NCBI GenBank assembly: GCA_034434695.1
Contig: DAOTYY010000113.1
Coordinates: 1,979 to 65,978 of the forward strand
Length of the DNA stretch: 64,000 nucleotides
Reading direction: 5' to 3'
Source: Anaerolineaceae bacterium
Lineage (GTDB): Bacteria; Chloroflexota; Anaerolineae; Anaerolineales; Anaerolineaceae
Shown here: positions 55,252-64,000 of the stretch, piece by piece
How the letters are laid out: each line of letters begins with the position of its first letter
How positions within the stretch are numbered: the stretch's first letter is position 1
Notes under the pieces: model-generated
What the model was told of the DNA's origin: nothing
The model's input: the letters and a program-made list of their open reading frames with translations, nothing else
Database searches by the model: none
Program-made: the position numbers and the translations under genes

Positions 55252-56277
55252 ATGTCCACAAAAACCAGATTTGCACTCTACTTACAAGATAAACATGATA
55301 TGCGATATGAACTAGAAATGGCACGTTATGCGGAAGAGCGCGGCTTTAGCGAAATCTGGCAGGCAGATACTCGTCTTGCGCGGGATTGTATCGTAATGAT
55401 GAGCGCTTTCCTGACCTATACAAAACGGCTGCGCTTGGGCTCAGGAGTTTTGCCAATATGGACGCGCAATCCTGCTGTCATCGCCGCAACCTGGAGCACA
55501 ATGTGGGAACTGGGTGGAAGGCCAGATGGGCGCAGCCGTGTGATGCTAGGTCTTGGTGCCTGGTGGGAACCAATCGCCAGTCGTGTGGGTGTCAAACGTG
55601 AAAAACCCCTCAAAGCCATGCGCGAACATGTAGAAGCAATCCGACAGCTCTTTACAATGGAAGAAGTCACCTATCACGGCGAGTTTGTTCATCTTGACCG
55701 GGTAAGACTAGATGTTGCCTTTGGCGACAAATCACCACGCGACATCCCCATTTATATTGGAGCAACAGGAGATAAAATGCTTGAGCTAGCTGGAGAAATT
55801 TGCGATGGCGTGGTGTTGAATTATGTCGTATCGGTTGACTACATTAAGAAAGCCGTTGCGATTGTTGAACAGGGTGCACGCAAGGCTGGAAAGACCCTTG
55901 ATGAGGTCGATCGTCCAGAATTACTGGTTTGCAGTCTGTCAGATGAGGACCCTGCAGCAGCAATGGCAGAAGGGAAAAAACTTGTAGCCTATTACTTGGC
56001 AACTGAACCACATATCATGAAAGCCAGTGGCGTTAGTGAAGAATTATTAGAAAAAGTACAGTCAATTATGGGATGGCCCGCTACAGAGGAAGATTACATC
56101 CGTGCTAGTAAGGTTATTCCTGACGATGTAGTTCGTCAGCTCATGGCAGTTGGGACTTCTGAAGAGTGTCGAGCCAAAGTTCGAGAATATGTTGAGGCTG
56201 GTGTTACCTGTCCAATTCTATTCCCAATGATGGATGACATTAAGGCGGTTATTGATGCATTCGCCGATGGTATCTAA
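55252..56277 (+). CDS. LLM-class (luciferase-like) flavin/F420-dependent oxidoreductase
   Basis: It has the length and general pattern of luciferase-like monooxygenases (...[12 protein letters not shown]...[12 protein letters not shown]...). The cofactor type cannot be determined from the sequence alone. Confidence 0.8.
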   Translation: MSTKTRFALYLQDKHDMRYELEMARYAEERGFSEIWQADTRLARDCIVMMSAFLTYTKRLRLGSGVLPIWTRNPAVIAATWSTMWELGGRPDGRSRVMLGLGAWWEPIASRVGVKREKPLKAMREHVEAIRQLFTMEEVTYHGEFVHLDRVRLDVAFGDKSPRDIPIYIGATGDKMLELAGEICDGVVLNYVVSVDYIKKAVAIVEQGARKAGKTLDEVDRPELLVCSLSDEDPAAAMAEGKKLVAYYLATEPHIMKASGVSEELLEKVQSIMGWPATEEDYIRASKVIPDDVVRQLMAVGTSEECRAKVREYVEAGVTCPILFPMMDDIKAVIDAFADGI

Positions 56278-56297
56278 ACTTATTCAAAAAGGGTTGA

Positions 56298-57464
56298 ATG
56301 ACTGAGACTTGGGATGTTATCGTAATTGGTGGCGGGATGCTTGGATTATCCACATCCTACCGCCTATCTCAAATGGGCGCCAAAACTTTATTGCTTCAAG
56401 CGGGACCAATAGGCGGCGGTACTTCTGCCGCCAATGCTGGCAGAGCACAGGTTAATGAAGGTCATCTTGACCCACTGAATATTAGAATCATTCGTGAGGG
56501 TTTGGCATGCCTAACCACACTAGAGGAAGAGTTAGGAGCACCATTCGAGTGGCGCAGAAATGGTTATCTCTGCCTGATCAAAACCGAGAAGCTTTGGAAT
56601 GATTGGGTGGAAAGATCAAAGATACTATCCGATGGCGGTATTCCCACCCAAGTGATTGACCTGAAAGAGCTCAAAGAACTTGAACCTCACCTCAATCTTA
56701 CAGGATTACTGGGTGCAGCATTCACACTCGAAGGTTTATTAAACCCGTTCCGATTTTGTTGGGCATTTGCTAATGCAGCGCGCCGTTGCGGCGCAGAACT
56801 TTTACCCTACACTCCTGTTAGCAGCTTTGAACTCGACCAAGAACGTATTGTTGCTGCCCGTTCTGGTAGCTATCGCTATGAAGCGAAGCTCTTTGCAATT
56901 ATGTGCGGAGCATGGACACCAATGGTTACTCAAATGGCAGGGGTTGAAGTACCAATTCGGCACACTCATGCAGAAGCATTTATCCTCGAGCCTACCCGCA
57001 TGGTTATTCATAACACTATTGGACTGGCTGACTTCTACGAGATTATTCATGGCAAGCCTAAAGCCGTTGCGATAGGGATTGGTCCCCAGTCGCACGATAC
57101 CCTGTTGGTCACCGAGTCGGTCACGCAAACTGATGAATTACATACCCGAAACAGTGCTTGGGGTATTAGCGGGATTGCTTCTGAACTTCTTAAGATATAT
57201 CCAGAACTAGGAAACATCAGAGTAATTCGCGCTTGGGGAGCGCCGACATCTTTTACACCAGATGAAGAACCAATTATCGGTTGGATTCCTGAACGCGAAA
57301 ATCTATATGTTGCATCCAGTTTGGTCGAAACCATTACTGCCGTCCCAGTGATCAGTGAATGGATAGCAAAGATGATTCTGGGATACGAGCCACCTGTATC
57401 GCTCGAGCTTTTCTCGCCTGAACGGTTTCTAACCACAACAAAACAAACGGAGAGTTATTCATGA
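56298..57464 (+). CDS. FAD-dependent oxidoreductase (DAO / sarcosine-oxidase-beta-like)
   Basis: The N-terminal dinucleotide fold is WDVIVIGGGMLGLSTSYRL, and the length matches DAO-family proteins. Confidence 0.85.
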   Translation: MTETWDVIVIGGGMLGLSTSYRLSQMGAKTLLLQAGPIGGGTSAANAGRAQVNEGHLDPLNIRIIREGLACLTTLEEELGAPFEWRRNGYLCLIKTEKLWNDWVERSKILSDGGIPTQVIDLKELKELEPHLNLTGLLGAAFTLEGLLNPFRFCWAFANAARRCGAELLPYTPVSSFELDQERIVAARSGSYRYEAKLFAIMCGAWTPMVTQMAGVEVPIRHTHAEAFILEPTRMVIHNTIGLADFYEIIHGKPKAVAIGIGPQSHDTLLVTESVTQTDELHTRNSAWGISGIASELLKIYPELGNIRVIRAWGAPTSFTPDEEPIIGWIPERENLYVASSLVETITAVPVISEWIAKMILGYEPPVSLELFSPERFLTTTKQTESYS

Positions 57465-58600
57465 GTTACAGTTTTTATTTCCCGACCAAAATTGTTGTAT
57501 CCGAACAATCCAGTGTCGACATTTTGAAAGAATTGGAGACAATTCCCAACGGCAATGTATTTATGATAACTGATGAGGGATTACTCAAAATTGGTATTCC
57601 CGATGATATTCACAACGCAATCAAAAGTACTGGTAGGCACGTTGGTGTATTTAGTGATGTACCCGGGAACCCTGATGTATTTGCTCTCAACAAGGCATTG
57701 GAACACGCCCAGCAAATAACCCCCAAAGTCATCATTGCCCTTGGGGGTGGATCGGTGATAGATGTTGCCAAAGCCGTGTCCATCATGCTGCTTCACTCCC
57801 AGTGTTCTTGGGAAGACATTCAATGGGGGCGAATTAAGATTACACAAGGTTCTCTGCCAGTTATTGCCATACCTACCACAGCCGGCACGGGAAGCGAAGT
57901 CACTCATGTTACTGTTATTGGTGACTCAAAAGGATTCAAAAAAGGTGTAGTTCATCCAGCGGTATTTTCGCGTGTAGCAATTCTTGATGGAACACTTACC
58001 GTCCCCTTGCCGCCCCATCTGACCGCTGCAACTGGCATGGATGCACTGGTTCACGGCATAGAAGCATATCTGGGAAAGCGAGCAAATCCCATAACAGATC
58101 TTTTTGCTCTTGCCTCTATCAGAGATATTATTGAATGGCTTCCAGAAGCAACACACAATGGTAAAAATTTGAATGCACGCCAGAAAATGATTCAAGCAGC
58201 TAGTTGGGCTGGGATTGCAATGGATCAGGCTGGCTTAAGCCTTTGCCACGCGCTTTGTGGACCCGTTACCGCACACTATCACCTTCACCATGGACTGGGC
58301 AATGCTGTCCTATTACCTGCCACATTGGCTTTTAATGCACCAGCAATCCCTGCCCACCGCTGGGAGAATCTACGAAAAGCGTTGAATCTTCCTGAAGGTG
58401 CAAGTCCAGAAAGCCTGTCTGAATGGTCCAGAAAATTCATTGCAGAACTTGGACTACCCACGCGTCTTGCAGAATTGGGTGTGAAATCAGAGTCCATTCG
58501 CATAATGGCAGAAGAAGCCCTGAAAATGGCAATGATTGGCAACAATATTCGCCCGGTAACCCTAGAAGATTGCATTCAAGTTTTGGAGGAAGCCTTATGA
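57461..58600 (+). CDS. Iron-containing (group III) alcohol dehydrogenase
   Basis: Motifs seen are ALGGGSVIDVAKA, IPTTAGTGSE and the His cluster HGIEAY...HALCGPV..HYHLHHG. Confidence 0.9.
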   Translation: MSYSFYFPTKIVVSEQSSVDILKELETIPNGNVFMITDEGLLKIGIPDDIHNAIKSTGRHVGVFSDVPGNPDVFALNKALEHAQQITPKVIIALGGGSVIDVAKAVSIMLLHSQCSWEDIQWGRIKITQGSLPVIAIPTTAGTGSEVTHVTVIGDSKGFKKGVVHPAVFSRVAILDGTLTVPLPPHLTAATGMDALVHGIEAYLGKRANPITDLFALASIRDIIEWLPEATHNGKNLNARQKMIQAASWAGIAMDQAGLSLCHALCGPVTAHYHLHHGLGNAVLLPATLAFNAPAIPAHRWENLRKALNLPEGASPESLSEWSRKFIAELGLPTRLAELGVKSESIRIMAEEALKMAMIGNNIRPVTLEDCIQVLEEAL

Positions 58601-60330
58601 ACATCATGATTATAGACTTGGCAAACAAAACCACAACTTTACAGCCCGTAAGGGATCCATTAATCGGCGGGCGGCTTCTCACTGTTCAATTAACACTTCA
58701 ACATATCAATCCTCAAACAGACCCTCTTGGTTCAGGAAATGTTCTTATCTTTGCAAATGGACCTCTGGCTGGTTGTCGGGTTTCAACTGCCGGTCGCCTA
58801 TCTGTTGGAGGTAAAAGCCCCTTGACAAACGGGATTAAAGAATCAAACGCCGGCGGTATGGCAGGAGATAGCCTCGCAGCACTGGGGTATAGAGCACTGG
58901 TATTTAAGAATATCCTTCCAGATGGCCAACCTTCTCTGTTCATTCTCGATGAAAAAGGAGGACGCTTCGAAAACGCACAACAATACTGGGGAATGGGAAA
59001 TGAGGAGCTGTCACAACGGTTGCATAAAGACTATGGCGAAGATTATGCCATCATCAGTATAGGACCAGCAGGAGAACAACAAATGCGCGCCGCAGGACTG
59101 GCTGTTACTGATGCCAACAATAAGCCATTCCGACTGGCGGCGCGCGGCGGCATGGGCGCAGTCATGGGCAGTAAACGCCTTAAAGCAGTATTAATTCGCA
59201 AACTAGCAAAAAATTTCCAGATGCCAATATCAAAAGAAGCCCGACAGGCAATCGTAGCATTCAACAAACATGTGGCTGTGAGCCCACGTATTCAGGTATT
59301 GCGTGAATATGGCACAGCCTCAACAGTAATGTTGGTGCAAAAATTGGGCGGCATGGTTGTGCGGAATTTCTCCCGGGGTGAGTTTGAACATGCCGAGAAC
59401 ATAAGCGGCGAGAAATTGACCGAGCTGATTCGGGCTCGCGGTGGTGTAGGCACTCCCACGGAATTTTGTATGGCAGGGTGCGTGATACAATGCAGCAATG
59501 TTTTCCCGGACGAAGAAGGAAAGCTTGCTGCTGCACCAGTAGAATTTGAAACCATTGGTTTGTGCGGGGCGAATCTCGAACTAAAAACATTTGATGATAT
59601 TGCGCGCATTAATCGGCTGTGCAACGATTTGGGGCTTGACACAATTGAAATTGGTGCTGCACTGGGCGTTATGATGGAAGCTGCAGAACTGGGAAATGAC
59701 CTTCCAGAACCTTACCAAAAAGATCAGTTGCCCCGTTTTGGAGATGCAGCTCGTGCCGCCGAACTAGTTGCTGAAATCGGTAAAGGCACCCCGCTTGGGA
59801 AGTTGCTGGGAAACGGCGTTGTTGCAACCGGACAGGCTTTAGGAAGCAAGCGAATACCCGCAGTAAAAGGACAGGCAATGAGCGCCTATGATCCGCGCGT
59901 GATCAAAGGAACAGGGGTTACCTATGTAACAAGTCCTCAAGGAGCCGATCATACCGCTGGTTTAACTGTCTTTGCGCCGGTGGATCATAAAGATAAAACC
60001 AACGCCGTTGCTCTTTCAAGAAGTGCACAACTTCAACGAGCCGCTTATGATGCACTGGGTTTATGTGTTTTCAACCTTAGTGCTACAGGTCAGCGTCCAG
60101 ACTTGATCATTCAAATGTTGAATTTGATCTATCAGAAAGATTTGCCGGAAAGCTGGCTTGATGAATTGGGACTGGAAGTGATAAAAAGCGAAATTGATTT
60201 CAACAAGCAGGCTGGATTAACCGCCAACGATAATAGAATTCCAGCTTTCTTTAAGAATGAACCTATTCCACCTACCAACTGTACCTTCGACATTGCAGAT
60301 GAAGAGCTCGATCAGATATGGAATAAATAA
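58597..60330 (+). CDS. Aldehyde:ferredoxin oxidoreductase (tungsten AOR family)
   Basis: The AFOR N-domain includes GGRLL, GPLAG and GKSPLTNG, and the Cys cluster is CMAGCVIQC. The ATG at 58597 overlaps the ADH stop as ATGA. The track ORF extension back to 58423 is out-of-frame overlap with the ADH gene. Confidence 0.9.
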   Translation: MNIMIIDLANKTTTLQPVRDPLIGGRLLTVQLTLQHINPQTDPLGSGNVLIFANGPLAGCRVSTAGRLSVGGKSPLTNGIKESNAGGMAGDSLAALGYRALVFKNILPDGQPSLFILDEKGGRFENAQQYWGMGNEELSQRLHKDYGEDYAIISIGPAGEQQMRAAGLAVTDANNKPFRLAARGGMGAVMGSKRLKAVLIRKLAKNFQMPISKEARQAIVAFNKHVAVSPRIQVLREYGTASTVMLVQKLGGMVVRNFSRGEFEHAENISGEKLTELIRARGGVGTPTEFCMAGCVIQCSNVFPDEEGKLAAAPVEFETIGLCGANLELKTFDDIARINRLCNDLGLDTIEIGAALGVMMEAAELGNDLPEPYQKDQLPRFGDAARAAELVAEIGKGTPLGKLLGNGVVATGQALGSKRIPAVKGQAMSAYDPRVIKGTGVTYVTSPQGADHTAGLTVFAPVDHKDKTNAVALSRSAQLQRAAYDALGLCVFNLSATGQRPDLIIQMLNLIYQKDLPESWLDELGLEVIKSEIDFNKQAGLTANDNRIPAFFKNEPIPPTNCTFDIADEELDQIWNK

Positions 60331-60359
60331 AACTCTCATATTAATTTAGGAGGAAACAC

Positions 60360-60971
60360 ATGCCCGTAGAATCTAATATTGGCAGGCGATTGCGCCAACG
60401 TCGACAGGAAGTTGGTATGAGTTTGCGAAGGCTAGCACAAATGACAGATTTGACCGCGTCCTTTCTCAGTCAAGTGGAACGCGGTAAAGCAAACTTGTCC
60501 CTGAATTCACTTAACCGAATCGCCCGCATGCTCGATGTTTCGTTGTTATACTTCCTCAGTGATAGCATTGACAAGGAAACCGAAGCACCTCTTCAGGAGA
60601 TGAACAACGCACAGCCACAAAGGCTGAGATATTCACCAGTAGTTAGAAGTGATAGCCGCTCCAAGCTTGTGTTGCCGCCTTCCGGGGTTGAGTACGAGTT
60701 ATTGGTTCCAAGCATGGGTCGCAAAATGGTGGCATTGTATGGAAAATTGTCACCCGGCAGTGAAAACATCGCCCGTCGCCTTCCGCTTTCCACTGAAGAG
60801 ATCATTTATGTGCTCTCGGGCTCTCTTCTGATCGGGCTTAATAGTGGAGATTATATCCTCAATGCCAATGACACAATTTACTTTGAGGGTGAACAACTTC
60901 AAAAAATTGTTTGTGCATCTACTGATCAGGAAGCCACCTGGATCTCGATCATCACGCCAGCAATTTTTTAA
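60360..60971 (+). CDS. XRE-family HTH + cupin-domain transcriptional regulator
   Basis: The HTH is MSLRRLAQMTDLTASFLSQVERGKANLSLNSLNRIARML. The C-terminal cupin-like region reads EEIIYVLSGSL...TIYFEG. Confidence 0.85.
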   Translation: MPVESNIGRRLRQRRQEVGMSLRRLAQMTDLTASFLSQVERGKANLSLNSLNRIARMLDVSLLYFLSDSIDKETEAPLQEMNNAQPQRLRYSPVVRSDSRSKLVLPPSGVEYELLVPSMGRKMVALYGKLSPGSENIARRLPLSTEEIIYVLSGSLLIGLNSGDYILNANDTIYFEGEQLQKIVCASTDQEATWISIITPAIF

Positions 60972-61181
60972 TCAGCCATCATATAACGCGCAATTTGCCC
61001 TTATAACACCCTCCTGCCTCTCTACAGGCATCATTCTTAACCGGCAAAACAGTGCCTTCCTGCTTGAGTAACTTACGGAAGGCTCTGTTTTGCATATTCA
61101 GAAATTCTATTGCTGATCTGACATTATTTTCTTTGTTAATCCACAACCTTTGCGATTGCAAGCAAGCGGCTACGCGAAACC

Positions 61182-63515
61182 TCACTTCGTTCTCAAGCCA
61201 ACTTTGCAACTAACTGGAGAACCTTTTTTGCGAAGTGCTTCACCGAGAACAACCTTTTCCAGATCTGCAGGCAAATCTCGTATTCGCCTGCCAATCGCGT
61301 GTGCGATTGCATTCAGAACTGCCGGAGCTGCTGGCACCATCGCAGGTTCGGCAATATTCTTCGCACCATATGGTCCTTCCGAAAAGTATGTTTGCACAAA
61401 TGTAGCCTTTATCTCAGGAACATCCATCGAAGTAGGAATAAGGTAAGTGTCAAAGTTTACACTTTGTAAATAACCGTCTGCATACAGCGCCTCTTCCAAT
61501 AAGGCGTATCCAATTCCCTGAGCGATTCCCCCATACACCTGACCATAAGCTCCCTCGGGAAAGATAACAGTGCCAGCATCATGCGCCGCCCAGTAATTAA
61601 GAACTTGAGTTCTCCCAATGCGCAAATCCACCTCTACTTCAGCAACGTGAGCAGCAAAATGATAAGCAAAATATGGTGTTCCCCGCCCCCCATGATGATC
61701 CCACTCTATTTTGGGGGCGGTCCATTTGCCATAGGTTGAAAGCACCAACCCCATATCACGAGCATGATCAACAACTACATCCCAGGAAACCGGTTCCTCG
61801 CTTGGACCAACAAAATCCTCACCAATTCGATGCAATTGTTCCACATCGCACTTCAACAAGTGAGCTGCTGCCAGATCGATCGTATGGGCAAGGTTACGGG
61901 CTGCATAGCGAACCGCGTTACCGCCCACCATCGTGGAACGACTGGCAACAGTTGGTCCAGAATCGATGGCAGTGTTGGTATCCGGTCGAAGCATCTTGAT
62001 GCGCTTCATGTTAACACCCAACTCTTCAGCAGCAATAATGGTATACACGGTACGGGAACCTGGGCCATAATCTGTTAATCCAGAGGTCAACACAATTGTG
62101 TGATCGTTTTCAATTGCAATGGTGCTGGTAGCACTGTCAATTCCCTCTGCACCCAAAGATGTGCCATGAAAAAGAGCCGCTACTCCAATGCCACGGCGGA
62201 TCTCTCGATTTGTCTGACGCGAATACTCGGCGCGTTTTCTATCCCAATCGCTAACCTTGCGAACGGTCTGCAAACAATCAGCCAACCCCACCGATTGTTT
62301 CAAGACCTGACCGTGTGGTGTTTCGTCTCCTAATCTCAAACAATTTTTGAGCCGAAAATCAATCGGGTCCATGTCAAGTGCATCTGCCATTTCGTCAATT
62401 GCTTGTTCAATCGCAAAACACGCTTCAGTGTTCCCGAAACCGCGAAAAGCTCCCGAAAAGCCATTGTTTGAATATACACTGGTAATTTCAACCTCACAGG
62501 CATCATAACGATAAGCCCCCATTGCATGAATACTCCCGCGCCAAGCAGTAAACGGTGTCTGACTTGCATAGGCACCAGAATCAAATATGTGTTTGGCTCT
62601 GCAAGCGCGCAATGTGCCATCCTTAGTTGCACCTAATTGAATCCACATGTGAGCAGCGTCGCGCTTATAGCTGGCAATCATGCTCTCTTCGCGCGAAAAT
62701 GTCATGCGCACGGGTTTGCCTGTCTTCAGCGCCAGTGCAGCCACTTGAGCAGAAGTATAGTAGTTCAAATCGTCTTTCCCACCAAATGAGCCGCCCACAG
62801 GGGGAATAATCGTACGTACACGCGCGGGATCTAATCCCAAAACCATTTGTAAGATGCCCTTGTCAATAAAGGGGCTCTGACAGGATACATAAACTACTAC
62901 ACCCCCTTCTAGTGTTGGAACAGCCAGTGCACCTTCTGTTTCTATATAAGCATGTTCCTGATGAGGTGTTGTGTATTTTTGATCAACAACCACCTCACAC
63001 TGATTGAGTATCTCATCCACATTCCCTTTATACACAGGACTCATATCTAGAAAATTCGGATGTTTGCCATCCGTTCGGTCAGGACCAACCTGAGGCGCAT
63101 CTGGATCAAGCGCATGCTCAATATCAAACAGACCAGGCAATGGCTCTAGCGTAAGACGAATAGCTTTAACACCTTCAAGTGCTGCTTCTTCTGTTTCTGC
63201 CGCCACTGCAGCGATTGCCTCTCCAACGTAGCGTACCTTTTGATAAGCTAAAACATATTGATCCTTAACTGGAAAACCGAAATTACCATGATCAACAAAA
63301 TCCTCACAGGTAATTACAGCTTTTACCCCTGGCACTTGGAGTGCAGGTGCGACATCCAGTTCAACAATCCTGGCATGTGGGACCTCACTGCGTAAAGCCC
63401 GGGCATACAGCATACCAGGCAAATAATAATCGCCCAGGTATTTTGCAGTACCCATAACTTTTTCAAGCGCATCTACTCGCTCAGTTGGTTTTCCAACAAA
63501 TTGATATGTACTCAT
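61182..63515 (-). CDS. Xanthine dehydrogenase/aldehyde oxidase-family molybdopterin-binding subunit
   Basis: The N-terminus is VGKPTERVDALEKVMGTAKYLGDY. Motifs seen are GGSFGGK, GFRGFG and a GPYGAKNIAEP-like segment. The probable start is the ATG at 63515; the track ORF runs to 63587. Confidence 0.9.
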   Translation of the reverse strand: MSTYQFVGKPTERVDALEKVMGTAKYLGDYYLPGMLYARALRSEVPHARIVELDVAPALQVPGVKAVITCEDFVDHGNFGFPVKDQYVLAYQKVRYVGEAIAAVAAETEEAALEGVKAIRLTLEPLPGLFDIEHALDPDAPQVGPDRTDGKHPNFLDMSPVYKGNVDEILNQCEVVVDQKYTTPHQEHAYIETEGALAVPTLEGGVVVYVSCQSPFIDKGILQMVLGLDPARVRTIIPPVGGSFGGKDDLNYYTSAQVAALALKTGKPVRMTFSREESMIASYKRDAAHMWIQLGATKDGTLRACRAKHIFDSGAYASQTPFTAWRGSIHAMGAYRYDACEVEITSVYSNNGFSGAFRGFGNTEACFAIEQAIDEMADALDMDPIDFRLKNCLRLGDETPHGQVLKQSVGLADCLQTVRKVSDWDRKRAEYSRQTNREIRRGIGVAALFHGTSLGAEGIDSATSTIAIENDHTIVLTSGLTDYGPGSRTVYTIIAAEELGVNMKRIKMLRPDTNTAIDSGPTVASRSTMVGGNAVRYAARNLAHTIDLAAAHLLKCDVEQLHRIGEDFVGPSEEPVSWDVVVDHARDMGLVLSTYGKWTAPKIEWDHHGGRGTPYFAYHFAAHVAEVEVDLRIGRTQVLNYWAAHDAGTVIFPEGAYGQVYGGIAQGIGYALLEEALYADGYLQSVNFDTYLIPTSMDVPEIKATFVQTYFSEGPYGAKNIAEPAMVPAAPAVLNAIAHAIGRRIRDLPADLEKVVLGEALRKKGSPVSCKVGLRTK

Positions 63516-63519
63516 CTTG

Positions 63520-64000
63520 TCACCCAACCTGTCCCTTTTGTTGTTCAGTAATAAGAGAGCGCTCGAGTGCAGTCGCCTCAATAGCATCTACAATCTGTTG
63601 ATACCCGGTACAGCGACACATATTACCAGTTAACGCGTTGCGAATTTCTTCACGTGAAGGATGAAGCGTTTTAGCTAACAGTGCTTCGCCTGCCAGAACC
63701 ATGCCCGGAATGCAAATTCCACATTGCACAGCTCCGTACTTTATGAAGTTTTTTTGCAAATCGTTCGGCCCACCATCAGACGAACGAATCCCTTCGATTG
63801 TCACCACTTCTCTGCCTTCCACTTGTGGTGCTAAAACAAGACAACTATCTACTAGTAAACCATCTAAAAGCACAGAACAAGCACCACATTCTCCTACGCT
63901 ACACCCCTCTTTTGGCCCCGTAATGCCAAGATAATTTCGTAACATCTTGAGCAAAGTCGTATCGGGCGGCACGTCTACAGACACAGGCTGATGATTAAGG
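63520..64000 (-). CDS. (2Fe-2S)-binding small subunit of the XDH/CoxS family (5' end probably beyond the window end)
   Basis: Motifs seen are GCSVGECGACSV, CGICIPG and CRCTGY. The frame stays open to the window edge (LNHQPVSVDV...). Confidence 0.85.
   Translation of the reverse strand, partial: LNHQPVSVDVPPDTTLLKMLRNYLGITGPKEGCSVGECGACSVLLDGLLVDSCLVLAPQVEGREVVTIEGIRSSDGGPNDLQKNFIKYGAVQCGICIPGMVLAGEALLAKTLHPSREEIRNALTGNMCRCTGYQQIVDAIEATALERSLITEQQKGQVG

Noticed and set aside
58423-58596. A 58-codon N-terminal extension of the AOR ORF in the track.
   Set aside because: It lies wholly inside the Fe-ADH gene in another frame. The ATG at 58597 gives the normal AOR N-terminus (MNIMIIDL...) and an ATGA overlap with the ADH stop.
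60972-61181. The 210-bp convergent intergenic region with small ORFs (60844-61071 plus strand, 60979-61209 minus strand) as a possible hidden small gene or Moco riboswitch.
   Set aside because: No RBS or recognisable motif is present. The only structure is a 7-bp hairpin (GCCTTCC...GGAAGGC followed by TCTGTTTTG), consistent with a terminator for the regulator gene. None of the Moco-riboswitch conserved elements I remember are present.
54367-64000. A classical tRNA-His-targeted genomic island covering the redox cluster.
   Set aside because: The tRNA is on the minus strand, so the cluster lies on its 5' side, whereas integrases normally target the 3' end. There is no integrase gene, and I saw no repeat of the tRNA 3' half. 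I kept only the weaker statement that mobile debris marks the boundary.
1-64000. CRISPR arrays, retron or DGR elements, prophage blocks and toxin-antitoxin pairs.
   Set aside because: I saw no regularly spaced direct repeats, reverse transcriptase, integrase, capsid or terminase genes, or small adjacent two-gene cassettes. The only repeat family is the MITE described above.

Overview
This is a gene-dense 64-kb chromosomal segment with about 60 CDS and one tRNA. I found no rRNA, CRISPR array, prophage or intact transposase. Most genes are housekeeping: purB, efp, ftsH, miaA, a glgA-glgC-malQ glycogen operon, sodA, aspA-like, ppgK, mltG-ruvX and recJ. The gene content includes several Hanks kinases with FHA partners, Thr/Pro-rich linkers in exported proteins and a polyphosphate glucokinase. 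That looks like a Chloroflexota (Anaerolineae-type) genome, but this is inference only. All product calls come from motifs I recognise in the supplied translations or in my own translations; no database search was possible. Eight things deserve a second look. (1) A translationally coupled operon at 43.6-51.8 kb encodes a DEDDh exonuclease, two UvrD-like proteins without nuclease domains, a stand-alone Cas4/AddB-type Fe-S nuclease and RecJ. It reads like a split AddAB-type DNA-end-processing machine. (2) A six-gene operon at 0.3-6.2 kb carries a Ser/Thr kinase, PP2C, a J-domain/vWA protein, a Zn-ribbon/FHA protein, a 79-aa protein and an OmpR regulator, and lies next to hsp20. (3) A ~120-bp MITE-like repeat with terminal inverted repeats occurs three times (22.9, 42.6 and 54.5 kb), each time in a divergent promoter region. 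The third copy sits beside tRNA-His and a frameshifted, truncated IS1-family transposase remnant. (4) The propeller-kinase gene has no canonical start codon that would include its glycine-rich loop. (5) An FHA/winged-helix regulator is paired divergently with a kinase across a perfect 12-bp palindrome. (6) An amidohydrolase-CYTH fusion leads the glycogen operon. (7) An AAA+ ATPase, a GDPD and a membrane-tethered GH3 form an ATGA-coupled operon. (8) A W/Mo oxidoreductase cluster occupies the right end of the window.
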